A DNA stretch of 61,855 nucleotides, filler included, from Sphacelaria rigidula (lineage: Eukaryota), in assembly GCA_964200075.2 (NCBI GenBank). It is 11 parts of 11 records of this genome, joined end to end, with 100 filler letters (N's around TTAATTAATTAA, not from the genome) between each part and the next. Parts side by side here need not be neighbours in the genome. Positions count along the whole stretch, not along the records: positions 1 to 5,533 come from CAXNAA020026570.1; positions 5,634 to 11,166 come from CAXNAA020026571.1; positions 11,267 to 16,799 come from CAXNAA020026572.1; 8 more parts are not named here. One strand, given 5' to 3'. A program made the position numbers and the translations under genes. The notes beneath the pieces were generated by a model. The model was not told the DNA's origin, searched no databases, and saw nothing but the letters and a program-made list of their open reading frames with translations. Position 1 is the stretch's first letter, and each line of letters begins with the position of its first letter. Positions 1 through 12,419 of this stretch are shown one piece after another.

Positions 1-210
1 AGTGTCACGAAAAAAATGGCCATACAGTACCTGATGTTCGGGTTTAGGCTGCATGAAGCGCCTCACATTGGCGACATTGGCTAGAACAAACCCCAGTGTG
101 GAAATTCCCAGCTTCTCGTTGTGCTCGGCTTTTCCCCTTTCGATTTACGTGGAAATTTCGCCTCCCAAAACCATGCACTTTTGAGAGGGGGGGCTATCGT
201 AGAAAGTGTC
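1..210 (+). mobile_element. MITE, CTACGATAG group subfamily B (5' end cut by contig start), inserted in Gypsy integrase
   Basis: Aligns by eye with the complete copy at 45731-45978 and ends in the TIR GGGGGCTATCGTAGAAAGTGTC. The Gypsy integrase frame stops at this junction. Confidence 0.85.
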
Positions 211-3200
211 AGTGTTACGATAGCGTTCACGAATAGAAGTATTCAACGCCCACTGAGCGGCTGGCACAACATCGACCCATTCAGACACCGGCCGTCTCTG
301 TTCCGACAAAATGGACCGCAACGCACGTACAACCTCTTTCACCATGCATTCACAAGCACCATTCGACCAAGGGGTATACGCAACAGCAAATTGGTGTTGC
401 ACCTTGAGCGCATCGCTCAGCTGCGCGATTATTCGATTCTTGAAGTGCGTGGCGGTATCACTAACCCACACACGCGGCACCCCCAAAGTCTTGCATCAAT
501 GCAGCAAGTGCTTAGCCGTAAGCTCGGCGGTGAAAGCCTTGGTCGGTTCCAACAAAACGAAATTGGACAGATCATCCATGATGAACAAAACGTACCGAAA
601 ACCATCCTCATCAGGCAAACCATTAGCATCTTCAAGTCCACTACTTCCGTCGTACAGAAAATCAAAGCGAACAACTTCACCTGGCACAGTACCATGCACA
701 GTATCGCCATACGGACGAGGTACAATCGCACCAGGACGAATGTCTACACAATGCAAACACCGGCGAACGAACTCGCGAACGTAGGAATCCATGTGAGAGT
801 CATGCTACGATAGGGAGGGTGTATTTTGGGCCGCTTTCTTCCACGAACTTGTACTTGCAATCCGTTGATAGCAGCAACGGTAGTTTGAACGCGCTTGATT
901 CCGATTTATAACGCTCATTCATACTGTTTGACATCGACTTTACCCAAATACAAGCGCATCGCGAGTGTGTGGGGTCATCTGACGCACCTGTGAGCTAATA
1001 AATTCGTGGAATCGAATACCCCCCCCCTATCGTAGCATGCCTCGTGAGGCCACACACAGTATTTTTTCAAACGAAACAGAGTCGGCGCCACACCACAGTG
1101 ACCAGCCGACCGCATGCGAGCGCACACCATCAAGCGAGTTTGTATATCCCTATCATCCGACGTAATCCACAAGACATCACTACCGCCAAAACGCACGCAA
1201 AACAACCCATCGTCAGCCAAGGCAGCTTGGCCGAAAGTTGGAGGGAAAGAACGAAAACCGTCGCAGACTGTTTTGCGCTGCGCGGTACGAATGGCATCCA
1301 ACGAGGACAGTGAATCATTAGCATCACACGGGCTGTACACGGCAACAGAACGAAGAGCACGGTAGGATCCTTCACCCAGCGAGACAAAAAATCTCCCCAA
1401 CAATTGCGCTCTCCAGGAATGTGTTCAACGGCGTACCGATATTGGCCGAGTACTTCTTTCCAATTTTCAAGCCGTTGTGCCGTGGCGTTCGTCGCCGATG
1501 TGACACACTCTTCGGGGTTAAAAATGTATTTCAGACTACGATGATCGATGAAAATCCGGACACCGCCCCAAAGTAAGTACTCTAGCCTTCGAAATGTATT
1601 GACTATCGCGAAACCTTCTTTGTCCGCTGTCGCCCACTACAACTGTGAATCCTTAAAGTTACCACACAGAAAAGCCAACGGTTCGTGTGACATGTTTTTG
1701 AGCGCAATGCCACTACTATACTCTGCGACAGGCACTTGCGTCAAAACACTACCCCGGTGAAAATCCGAAGCATCTGGAAACATCAGAACAACGCACCCTG
1801 GACGAGGGTGCAGCGGCACCGCTTGCGCCACCAAATCTTGCGCAGCACACCATGCCCGCACACGATCCTGCGTCCAAGCGTCCTCCGGGATGACACGATA
1901 ATGCGCCACCCACTTGGTCCGACGCAAAGCCCCGACCATAAGTTGTTGTTCTATAAACACACGAAGCGGCGCCACTACTTCCGCCATGCGCGGGAGCAAA
2001 GTCCGCGACCAATTCACCGCCCGCAGAAACCTCCTCAGCTCACTAGCGGTCTGAGGACGTCGCATATTGCTCAAACCTTGGATGCGAGTAGGATCATGCA
2101 AAGCGGTACCCTTGGAGTACACCTATCCACGCCAAACCACTTCGCCGGCAAAAAGGTACACTCACGCGCAGCGACACACAGACCAACACTCTCCAGGTTG
2201 CCAAGCATTTTGTCAAGCAAAGCTAACAATGCTTCTTCGGTTTCAGCAAAGTATAAAACGTCATCCATCCACACTTTACGGTTTAGACCTCGCATAATGT
2301 CAGCCAGCACACCTTGGAAACACGCCGTGGCGTTTACAACGCCCTGCGGGACACAAGTGGGCGTAAAGGAACCGCCAGGCGTGATGATCGTGAAGATCTC
2401 CCGAGCCTTCGGCGCCAGAGGCATCTGCCAATACCCCTGTAGTAGGATATAACTTGCCGAAGCATTGGGCTCCCAGAAACTCTCGCATGTCTTCTTGGCT
2501 TGGCATCACCCCCGGAGACTGTTTCATCTGCGCGTTCACCGCCTGATAGTCGCTGACCGAACGGAATGTGCCCCTCTTCGGCAACGCCATCGCTGGACTC
2601 GCCCACACAGCCTGGATGTTCCTAACCACTAAACCAAACGTCACCAAAGCTGCGATACATGAGGCAAGCCACCCGGTCTCCATCGGATCGTAACGGCGAG
2701 GTTAGCCTTCACAGCCTTCGCCTGTGGCTCGAGGTTTACCCTTTTGGGCTTCACGCGCGCTGTCGGATCACCGCACAGCGCACGACGATATGTATCCACG
2801 CGACGAGCCAAAATATCACACAGACGATATGCTCCATCGGCGCTCAGGCACTTCTGCTCGACCTGCTGCACGCTATCCTCTAGTGCACCTTCTCTGGCAC
2901 CTCTCTCCTCCGCAGGGTCCATAAACATGTCGGGCCCCCGATAGACCCAGCGCTCCGCAACTTCATCCGCAGGAGCCTTCTCCTCATTGGCGCTCTGGAA
3001 TGACCTTATAAATACGGTCACACGCCTCGCAGCAAGATAGCTGGGGATTTTCCACGCCGGTTTGCACCGGCACAGCACGCGGGCGTAACTTATCCATCGC
3101 CAGCGGGTAAAAATCAACCCCGAGCTCCTTCATCGCCGCCATCTCGAACAGAACCACGTTGTTCCTGCCGGACATGATAGCGAAAGTGATGGGCTGCAAC

Positions 3201-4078
3201 CCCACAGCCCCCCACGGCGTACGCACGCTAACAGCCATCGGCACCGTTTTATTTGTAACCGTCACGGGACCACCCGTGGCGGTCTGCGCCGTTTGCGGTC
3301 CACTTTTGAATGAAAGCTGCAGCTGAGCGCCGCCAAACTGCGAAGAAATTTGTTCCAGCAACCCCACACCGATCGGCGTGAGCACGGACCCAGAATCCAG
3401 AATAACGCGGGCCATGGACGAACCTACGGAACTAGGCAAGAAAACTCTGTGCGTAAGCATTCAGCGTTGCGATCGACAGGTACCACGCCTGCCGAAGAAC
3501 CCTGGTCAGTACCAAGAGTCACCTGACGCCAGGGTTGCGCTCCAGTACTTGGCATCGAAAATTGAGAATCGGCGGTCCACCCAGACCAAGTCGCCGAATG
3601 TACAGACGGCGCTGTTGCAGCCGTCGCAGCAGTAGGAGGCGCACCAGATACGGATCCTGCCTGCCTGCGGGCTACGAACTATTCGCTCCAGCACTCCTCA
3701 CCGAAGCATATGCATTTCCCACGCACACTGTCCACCCCGACATTGATGGACCATAAAACTCAGAGTTGCCCCCTGATGACGTACTGGAAGAAACAGCAGC
3801 GGAGGAACCACCACCCGCCGCCGATTGATTGCTACCGCGGCCGTCACACCCGCGTCCCTGGTTGGCACGGCCCCGTCCACCGTGGTGACCGCCGCGAGAT
3901 CCTGTCGAATCTCGCGCATTTCCTTGAGCAGCCCCTTGAGCGCGAGGCTTACGGTAATCCTTGATCAGATGTCCGCTGTCGCCGCAGTTGTAACATGCGC
4001 GAGTGGACGACGCCCGCAAAGACGGCTGCTGCTCATGTTGCTGTTGTTGTTTGCGGCGTGCACCACCTGCACTTTATT
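211..4078 (-). mobile_element. Decayed Ty3/Gypsy LTR retrotransposon internal region (gag end-PR-RT-RNaseH-IN), frameshifted
   Basis: Minus-strand fragments in Gypsy order: zinc knuckle CYNCGDSGHLIKD (~3960-3996), protease ILDSGS (~3400), RT (FTIITPGG..PQGVVNA..VWMDDVL, 2071-2683), RNaseH (FPDASD, 1637-2122), integrase HHCC (GHCGV..CLHC) and core (VRFDFL, VSDTATHF, PWSNGACE). Confidence 0.93.
797..1043. mobile_element. 247-bp MITE, CTACGATAG group subfamily A, 4-bp TSD GTGA (Sola2-like termini)
   Basis: TIRs GAGTCATGCTACGATAGGG and CCCTATCGTAGCATGCCTC, with GTGA at 793-796 and 1044-1047. Removing it restores the integrase reading YCVWPH-MDSYVREF. Confidence 0.9.
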
Positions 4079-4405
4079 TGTAGGATGGCCGGGGTAGTCA
4101 GGAAGATACACCTTGTCAGGATAAGGTACAGTAGTCTAGTGACATGCCTGTTTGAGTTCGGGGTACTACACGGAATGATTTTATACTGCGATAGTAGTGA
4201 TTGGACACACGTGAGTGCGTCTGTTTGGCATATTGAGATCGTAGCCCCCTATGATCTCACTGTCTCTCTTCTTTCCTTTTCATCCAACGAAGCGTTATAT
4301 ACATTTCACCACATCCTGATCGGCAGTCAGCCGTGTCTACTGATCGACTAGCACAGTCGTGTCCACTGATCGCCTATCGCAGCCGAGTGTACATCCCATC
4401 CTACA
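4079..4405 (+). repeat. Putative 5' LTR (327 bp) of a Copia element inserted into Gypsy gag
   Basis: Perfect 10-bp inverted termini TGTAGGATGG...CCATCCTACA. Gypsy gag homology with contig 5 ends at about 4078, and Copia gag-like ORFs follow. Confidence 0.75.
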
Positions 4406-4582
4406 CGGAGGTCACGGAGCTACAAACACTCTAGAGCCCTACCGAACTTGGGAGCTTTGTGGCCGAGGTGAACGATGGCAGACTAGAGCATCACAGAGAG
4501 ACACTCGGCCGTTGTGGCAGACAAAGCATCTCCAACGGAAATGCTGGAGGTGAAGGAGCATGTCGCCAGCCTGTAAGGATCG

Positions 4583-5470
4583 ATGATGGATATCACCGAG
4601 CAGCTGGCCGAGCTGAAGATGATGATGATGTCCCAATTAATGCGCGGGACATCGTCCACTGGCCCTGGAGCGGCAGCGGACGGGGAGGGAGAGTCAGGCG
4701 ACGGGGGGCACACCGTCGCCGGTGCCGGAACAGGAGGGGTCCGGTTACCAGATGGAGAAGGGATTGGACCAGACCCTCTTCAAGGATCCGTGGGCGATGG
4801 ATCAGCCCATGTAAGTATTAACGGGGACTGCCAGGCATCCTTCCCTCATCTCGACGTGCAGAACTGTTTTCGAGTCGATTAGACATTCGATGGTGAAGAG
4901 GAAACTTGGTCGTTGTTTCGGATGATTTTCTGACACAAGCCAGTGCCGCAGGTTTTATAAGCGCCTCATGAGACACGAGGAACATTCAGGTTCACAATTC
5001 TAGCGAGGTGAATTTGATCAATCAGGGATTGGCGCCGAAGGAAGTACAGATATACAGACTCTTGTGGGCGGGACTAGTGACCTCGATAAAGGACAGGCAT
5101 GTAAAGCAAACCGTTTACTCCAGCAAGGGACCATATGTGGCGTGGCGAGCGCTAGAGGAGTATTATGCGTCGTTGACTGGTGGCGAACAGATCTCCTTGG
5201 TCGGGAAATGTTTCCATATGACACAGGAAACTGGCCAGGACCCCCGCGAATACTGGCAAGAATACCAGAACGTTATTGTTTCACTGGAAACGGCTCTCGA
5301 ACAACCTACCAAAGAGACTAGTGTTCGCGAGTTTTCTGGATGGATTAACAGCTGATTATGACTTTCAGAAACACCACCTACCTTCTCTCGCAGAAAGGCA
5401 GAAGAGTTGTTCGGGGTCGTGAGAGGAAACAAGGGGAAGGAAACCCAGGCGTTGATGTCAGTTGGAAAGA
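4583..5470 (+). pseudogene. Degenerate Ty1/Copia gag remnant
   Basis: ORF 5008-5355 (LWAGLVTSI..AWRALEEYY..Q.TGQDPREY) resembles the Copia gag UBN2-type region. It is broken by stops and frameshifts and lies downstream of the LTR. Confidence 0.65.
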
Positions 5471-5473
5471 GCA

Positions 5474-5533
5474 ACAAACAACAAATTGTGAGAATTGAGG
5501 TTTAACTTCGAGATGAGGCTCAAGCCTAAAACA
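5474..5533 (+). repeat. Repeat terminus shared with the end of contig 2 (11095-11166)
   Basis: AACAACAAATTGTG.GAATTGAGGTTTAACTTCGAGATGAGG.TCAAGCC.AAAACA is near-identical at both contig ends. Confidence 0.85.
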
Positions 5534-5633
5534 NNNNNNNNNNNNNNNNNNNNNNNNNNNNNNNNNNNNNNNNNNNNTTAATTAATTAANNNNNNNNNNN
5601 NNNNNNNNNNNNNNNNNNNNNNNNNNNNNNNNN
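5534..5633. other. Artificial contig linker 44N-TTAATTAATTAA-44N (also 11167-11266, 16800-16899, 22433-22532, 28065-28164, 33697-33796, 39329-39428, 44961-45060, 50593-50692, 56225-56324)
   Basis: The same 100-bp spacer, with stops in all six frames, separates blocks of 5533, 5532 and 5531 bp in decreasing order. Confidence 0.99.
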
Positions 5634-6059
5634 TGAACCCCAAAATATAAAATCGGCTGTTAGTTGCCGCTGCCCACTCAGTATCATCCTCCAAATCGAA
5701 GTCTTGAGTAAGAACCCCCAGCGTTTGGTGCCCATGTACAAGGATGATCTACATCGAGTATCATGCTCCAAAACGTACCTGAGAAGGGGGCAACATCCCC
5801 GTACACACACGTGGACAGATAGCACCCTGTGGGGCGCACTGTGCAGGGTCCGTACAGGGTCCTCCACAGTCTTTGTGAGAAACCCTGACAGTGAAATTGC
5901 ATATCTGTACCTGTCGTAGCGTTTTTGTCGAAACCCTGCAAGCAACCCTGTGTGTGGAGAGGCTCTCCCAACTTTGAAAATTCCTTCTTTTTTTTTTCTT
6001 CATTTATTCCATTTTCTGTTTGAAAATTCCAAATTATTTTGTTACGAAATCTGTAAATT

Positions 6060-6430
6060 TGTTTGTTTTAAATAGCTTGTCCTGCTGTCCGGGATAAATT
6101 CCTTTTTGCCCGATTTGAATAGGGCAAAAAACAATTTATCTCGGACAGCAGGACAGGCTATTTAAAACAGATCCTTTTCTCGCCCAATTTATTTGGGCAA
6201 AAACAAAATTATTTCGAACAGCAGAAGAAGCTATTCAGAATGGATCCTTTTTTCGCCCATTTAAATTGGGCAAAAAAAGGATTTACTTCGAACAACTTTT
6301 TCCGCCGCACAAATCCCATGCACACCGGCAGATTTGGAATTTGAACAGCAGAAGAAGCTCAAATAAGTCTTCACGTTGCCCTCCGATTTATCTGGAAATT
6401 GGGCAAGAAGAGATTTATTGCGAACAGCAT
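6060..6430. repeat. Palindrome-containing degenerate tandem repeat
   Basis: AATAGCTTGTCCTGCTGTCCG / CGGACAGCAGGACAGGCTATT are inverted around TTTTTGCCC..GGGCAAAAA, followed by repeated CGAACAGCAGAAGAAGC units. Confidence 0.7.
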
Positions 6431-7744
6431 CAGTTGGGCATATCCCGCATCCTGCACCGTTATCAGCGTATGGGATCCGACACGCAGAAAAAAATGTTGA
6501 AACTAATTCATCCTTTTGCCCCCCAGTTCATCTACCAACTGGACTAAAGGATTAAAAATTCTCAACAGCTTACGCTGAATGGAGATCCAACACACTGCTT
6601 ATGATTGTATGTCCACACGCCCATGAGCTTAGATACGACGCTTTGGCCCAAGGCGTGGATGCAGGGACGTCGGTACATATCTCCCATATTATTCCACATA
6701 GCTTTTGAAAACCCCGTGGTCCGCAGTTTACCAAAATCACCCAGTCGAGCATCCTTTTGTTCACGGAGTTTTTTGCTTGATACGTATTAGAATCACAGAA
6801 TATTGAAACGCGTCACTAGCAAATAATCAGGTAGCTCAATATCCTACTCCTTGCGCATTCCGTGTACAAAATCGTGAGTTCAATTTCTACCACTGCACTG
6901 TTCTCGACAGTTTTTTTCTGCCAGTACCATGCCCATGCTATATGGAGTATATTGTATGTACACTATAAAGGCTGTACAGCATCAACAATGAACAGTGCTC
7001 GGGGTGATGAAACCCTGTAAAGCGTACTGTTATGGGCGCGCCTGACCCCCCGAAATGAGCCCAAAAACTGTCACAGACCAAAGGCACGAACAGACCGGAG
7101 ATCTCGTTCATCCCTTGACTATGATGCACGCCGCAAAATCCCTCAAAGTACTTTTGATTCGAGTAGGGTTTCCATTCCACGCTTTCGAAGTTCTCCTCTC
7201 TCGGAGTACGAACCACAGCGTGGCTCGGCTACTCACCGGCGTGTATTTGTCCAAGCTACAATCGTACCGGTTGGTTTTACCAAAGACGTTACGGTGATGG
7301 AGAAAATCGCAAAAAAAAAAGAAGTGTTTTTCACTTAATTCGTTATAAAACTCGCATCCTGATTTAATAAAAAAAAATCTTTCGGTACAATTGTAGCTGT
7401 CGTCTTGGCGCAGATGATGAAAAAAGTCACATCCCAATCGATGGCTGTGGCGATGAGTATTCTCTGAGACAGATTGGGCTATGATCGCACACACGCGCCT
7501 CCAACCCTCGCCGGTCTCCACAAAACGCGAAAACCTCATCCCTGTCTAACGGCCTTAGAATAGATGACATCCATGAATGGCTCTTGATACTGTAGTGCAG
7601 ATGGTTGATACATCAGATATTTGGAATGTTCGACAGGTGTAGAATTGGAACCTTCGACCAAACCCCCAGAATCTAGAATCATCTTCGCGACTTCGCAGCA
7701 GCGGAGAGAACAACTTATAACTCTGGCCCTAACCCCAACCACAA

Positions 7745-8800
7745 CGAAAGCATACCGAGAACCCTCGGGCAAGGGGGGTGCAACGTGTTGCCTGGGCAAT
7801 GCGTGCGTTGCCAGAGCTCAAATCGGCGCCCCAGGCGCCGAGTTAGACAAAAACGCGTTCTGGACATGCTAGGAGCATGCTAGGAGCACAGCCCCCATAA
7901 AAGATCCGGATTTCGGTTTCCACACGAAGATCTAGATGAACCAACTTACCCCCCCCCGAATGGTAAAGTATACCGCGTCAAGACGACGCAAAATACAGCA
8001 TAAAGTCGTCCGCCCACTTTCGCTGAAGCCACATGGCACCGAAGCTTCATTCATGTCTTTCAGTGGACCCACCTGTCCTAGGACACGCATCTGTTGTATC
8101 GGTACTGGTGGGTAACAAACGACGTTTTGTTTCCATTCCCTCTTGTAACACAATATCTAGACCGCGAGGGTAGTCCATCTGGACCATGCATACGTTTTTC
8201 AAGTGAAAAATGATGCCGATTCAGCATGTTACCAACCGTCGGGGTCAAAGAGCTAATTCACATTCATCAAATGAAAAGCCATGCCCACGGAACAACAAAT
8301 ACACTTTGAAACGCGAGTCATTCGTCCGACAAAAGCTGTGGAATCATGGCAGTCGATAAATCAAGCTCCTCAAACCATGACGAGGTGGTGGACCAACACC
8401 CGCCCAGCCCACATTACACACCCGCTTACTAATTGTACTCCACTCGTCTGTGTAAGGGCCGTCCTCGTTGAAGTTCATCAGTACATATGACTTTGTCGCA
8501 TGTTGAGCACATCATGTTGACCCAACTTTGATCCGCATGCCCCCCCCCAAAATGGTTCAGTTTCCTAGTTTCACTTACCGGCGTTGGGATACAAATGTCC
8601 ATACTTGATATTGCTTGATTTGAGTGCGTACAAGGAGAATCGGAATTTTAGTAGGGCTGATGGTCCCGTGTGCTCCTCGGCTGCGCAGAACGCGTTTTCG
8701 TTGAAATCGGTGCCACAGGCGCCGATTTGGGTTCTACCAAGGCCTCACTTTATGGGGATGTATGTACCGCCCTTGCCCGAGTGTTCTCGGTGTGCGTTGG
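7745..8800. repeat. Diverged inverted pair of a ~180-bp interspersed repeat (7745-7920 / 8630-8800); third copy ~58810-58980
   Basis: Shared blocks CTCGGGCAAGGG, AAATCGGCGCC..GGCGCCGA, AAAACGCGTTCTG and CAGCCC..TAAA.ATCCG in opposite orientations. Confidence 0.7.
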
Positions 8801-9027
8801 GTTTGTTCAACCCAACCAGCCTCGTTGCATGCCAGGGTATCGCAAGCGCGGACGAAAAGCGACCCAGTGGCATGTAATATATGAAGAATGACAACGAACG
8901 GAAACAACGGTAGGGTTTTAATTTTTGAATGCAGTACACTCTTTCTCGATATGAATTTTGGATCCATGCCGTTCTCTTCCGATGACGTGAGGCAAATTAT
9001 ACCTGTGACAACTTTTGTGACGGTTTA

Positions 9028-9093
9028 GGACACAACCAACTAGACTACTGACCAGTCAGTGCTGAATGATCAGTAGTCTAGTTGGTTGTCTCT
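9028..9093. repeat. Small hairpin element
   Basis: 20-bp perfect stem ACAACCAACTAGACTACTGA (9032-9051) / TCAGTAGTCTAGTTGGTTGT (9070-9089), with TTAA just to the right. Confidence 0.85.
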
Positions 9094-11266
9094 TAATCCG
9101 TCACATACCCCACGAGCCTGGATAAGCCCCAGAAGTCGGTCTGTTCGTGTCTGTTCGCGCTTTTGGTCGTTGACACTTTTTTTGCCCATTTTGGGGGGTC
9201 AGGCGCGCCCATAAGTGTGCGCCGCGAAAAAAAACCTACAGCCAAGTCCCCGCGAGACTGCGCAGTTTCCTTGAAACCTTGTGAAGCGTACCGTGTGGCG
9301 CAAAAACACACCGTACAGCAAAATCCCCGCGAGAAACACTGCACAGTTTCCCTGAACCCTGTAGACGTGCCCCACAGCGTGCTATCTGTCCACATGTGCG
9401 GGCCGCAACCACGCTGCCCACTGACTGTATTTTCCCCCGGGGTTGCGCCAGGAGCTTATTAGACGTTACAGAGGTGCGGTAGCTCACGCTCTTGTTTGCA
9501 CAGCAGACGAGTACCTGGTTTCTACCTTTTGCCTGCTCTTCACTTCGAAAATATGCATGTACACAAACGGCCAGCACTGTACTTGCGTCGGCGGTAGTTG
9601 CGCGACGGGGACGTCGCCTTGTGACGTGTCCTGTAGCGCTTAGAGGCACGTCCTCTTGAAAAAACGCTGCACCATGACGGTGGTTTTTTTGTTGAACTGC
9701 TCATCATGCTTGGGCTGCCGTATAGAATCTTTTGGGCTAGGGTTACATGGCCGAAACGGCTTGCGTATTCCGAGCCTATTAGACGAAAATACCAAATTTC
9801 GATGGCGACTTCAACTTCACCCAAATGTTGAACCTCAAAAACGGATCCAGGCTGTTTAGTAGACATTTCGCTTGACGTTAGGGTGCATGGTGTTTTTTTT
9901 CTAGTGTTTAGTTTACATTTGCTTCCCGTGCTGTGTTCTGCATGACGTTATCGCGTTCCGTGGCGTTCCGTCTGATACGCTTCGTCTCTCGACGCCTGAG
10001 AGGTTCGCATTCCGTCTTTACTGGATTTCAGAGTTAGTCATGTTTCTGTGAGACCTCCCGCCAGATATTTTTGCATATCGCTTGACATCAATGTCGTGGT
10101 GTTTTTGCGTGGATTTTGGGTACATTTGCCCTCCTCCCTGTGTGGTGCATGGCGTTCTCGCGTTGCGACGCGTTACGTTTGATGCATTGTGAACATACAA
10201 GCCTCTGTTCTTGAAACTGGACGCTCCTTGCGGCTACCTTTTTTTGGCTTGGGCAACACAGAGCCTGTTTGAACCTTTTGATCGTCGGAGGTGCCGTCAT
10301 GTCTCAATTGCTCACGGACCACATCCATTTGTGGAATCGTATCATTTTCAGTTGAAAATTGAATCGATATCATATTCAGTTGAGAAATCGAAAAAAAAAA
10401 CACTTTTTTCACTTTACAGCGTAACGGTGTGAAACGGTCAACATGTCATCGCTCTGCACTGAACACAGTCTACTCTCGGGGCAGGGCTGGCCCATCTCGA
10501 GCGTGTTTCGATATCCTACGCATATTGCATTGTCTCAACCACACTTCCATCTTACTACCTCTATACCGCTGCTGCTGCAGCTGCTGCAGCTGCTGCTACT
10601 CTACCGTACATGGGTTATTCAATCAGTGGCTGAATACAGCGGTTTGACTCCTGTTTGAATTCGAATCGGCATCGTCTCAATTGAACATTGAATCGGCATA
10701 ATTTTCGGGTAGAAAATGTGCAGGTGCCGACGCTTTGTGTGTATGTGCTGTGCACACGTCTCACGCATGTCATCGATTATCATGGTGTTCTCAACAGATT
10801 TGTGCAAAGTCCCGCACAACGTGCTCACCTGGTGAGCAGCTATCACCTTTTCTTCAAACAATGACATGTGCCATGACGCAACGCACATAACTATCACCGG
10901 TTCTCAAGTATCTTGGAAGCCGACTCACTAAGCGTGGCGGCGCAAGCCGCCGAAACCCTTGTATACATATATACATACTATTCAAATAGCAAGTACAGAA
11001 AAACACGAACAATCAAGGCATACGTTGTGTACGAGGAATGTTGTGCTGCCACAAGCCTGAGCTTACGCCGACATCAACTAACCCAGACAAAAGAACAAAA
11101 CAACAAATTGTGCGAATTGAGGTTTAACTTCGAGATGAGGTTCAAGCCCAAAACAGTGCTTCCCCCNNNNNNNNNNNNNNNNNNNNNNNNNNNNNNNNNN
11201 NNNNNNNNNNTTAATTAATTAANNNNNNNNNNNNNNNNNNNNNNNNNNNNNNNNNNNNNNNNNNNN

Positions 11267-11486
11267 AAGCTCTCTACCGCGACACATACTGCCTGCTACA
11301 TCAGATGTACACCACCTAATGCGCACTCCGCACTTGAAAACAGACTAGATAAAACTTTCGATCGTCGTCATAACCCTGCAGTTACATACGCGGATTCTCA
11401 GCAACACGCCACTGTTTCGTTTAGACGCCAGACACGCCATTCCTGACCAGCCTTTTGGTCGTTCTGGAGGCCCGGTCCCAAAAGGG
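11267..11486 (+). mobile_element. 3' end of the non-autonomous piggyBac-type element (family of 40794-41836)
   Basis: Matches ~41616-41836 and ends CCGGTCCCAAAAGGG followed by TTAA. Confidence 0.85.
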
Positions 11487-12079
11487 TTAACCACGGTTTC
11501 GAGACATGAGGCTAATGTACGAATATTATAATAATAGTGAAATATTGATACTAACTGTTGTAGTAGTAGTAATAATATAATAACAAAATTGCAAGTGTCC
11601 ACCGAAACCATCGGTCTGATCAACCTATCCACCTTGGTTGATTGAATAATTGATTGTCGCACTTTAAGTGACCCCTCGTGAGTCCAGTCGTGGTCATTAT
11701 CCACATGATACACGTACTCAAGAACAGCACAACTGAAACACTCGCTGAAGAAAGGAACAGAAAAAAGTCGAACAGAAGGACATAGTAGACTAGGACATAA
11801 TAAATAGTATTAAACATGTCAACAAGAACAAAGCACAAAAAAAATGGTCGACCTAAAAAAAAGGAAATGAAGAGGGAAGAAAAAAGCGAAAAAAATGGGA
11901 AATTATCAAAAAAGAAAAAAAAGAAAGAAAAAAAAAGCTCGAGGGAGTCAGGAAGCAGAGTAGATACAGACACACACCAGTGGGTACCGCAGCTCTACCG
12001 ACTGAGGACATAATCAACAACCGAACCTTGAAAAGCGTATATACGGCACTCCTTTTATGCTCGTATGTGGGACTCAGGT

Positions 12080-12411
12080 TTTATTATTTTATTTAGTTTG
12101 TTTATTTATTTGTCGCACTTTGAAGCCCCCCCCTTCCTCTGGATGAGTCCGTGGTCACAAGAGATCAACCTATCTCTCCCCCGATACACGCCTTGTATTT
12201 TAGCCTCGCGGATTGGGTTATGACTATCGGCACTCCCGCACCGCGTCAACTCACGTTAAACAAACTCAGTCGGCCACTGTGTTGACTCACGTTCTCACGC
12301 TTTCCACGGTGGAAATCAGACATTGTGAACAATAAAAATAACGCATCGGGAATCGAACCCTCGTTCTCTCCACCCTAATGGCGGCAGTCGGACCATTACA
12401 GCACCGGGGCG
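12080..12411 (-). mobile_element. tRNA-derived SINE
   Basis: Minus-strand head CGCCCCGGTGCTGTAATGG (A-box-like) and GGTTCGATTCC (B box). The 3' end is GTGCGAC followed by an (AAAT)n-like tail. Confidence 0.75.
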
Positions 12412-12419
12412 CGGCAAGG

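Noticed and set aside
121..813. 230-aa plus-strand ORF, and similarly 1736-2452
   Set aside because: These are antisense shadows of Gypsy pol and MITE sequence.
12340..12411. tRNA genes (also 55340-55409 and ~20960-21003)
   Set aside because: Only A/B-box-like motifs are present with no complete cloverleaf; the first two are SINE heads.
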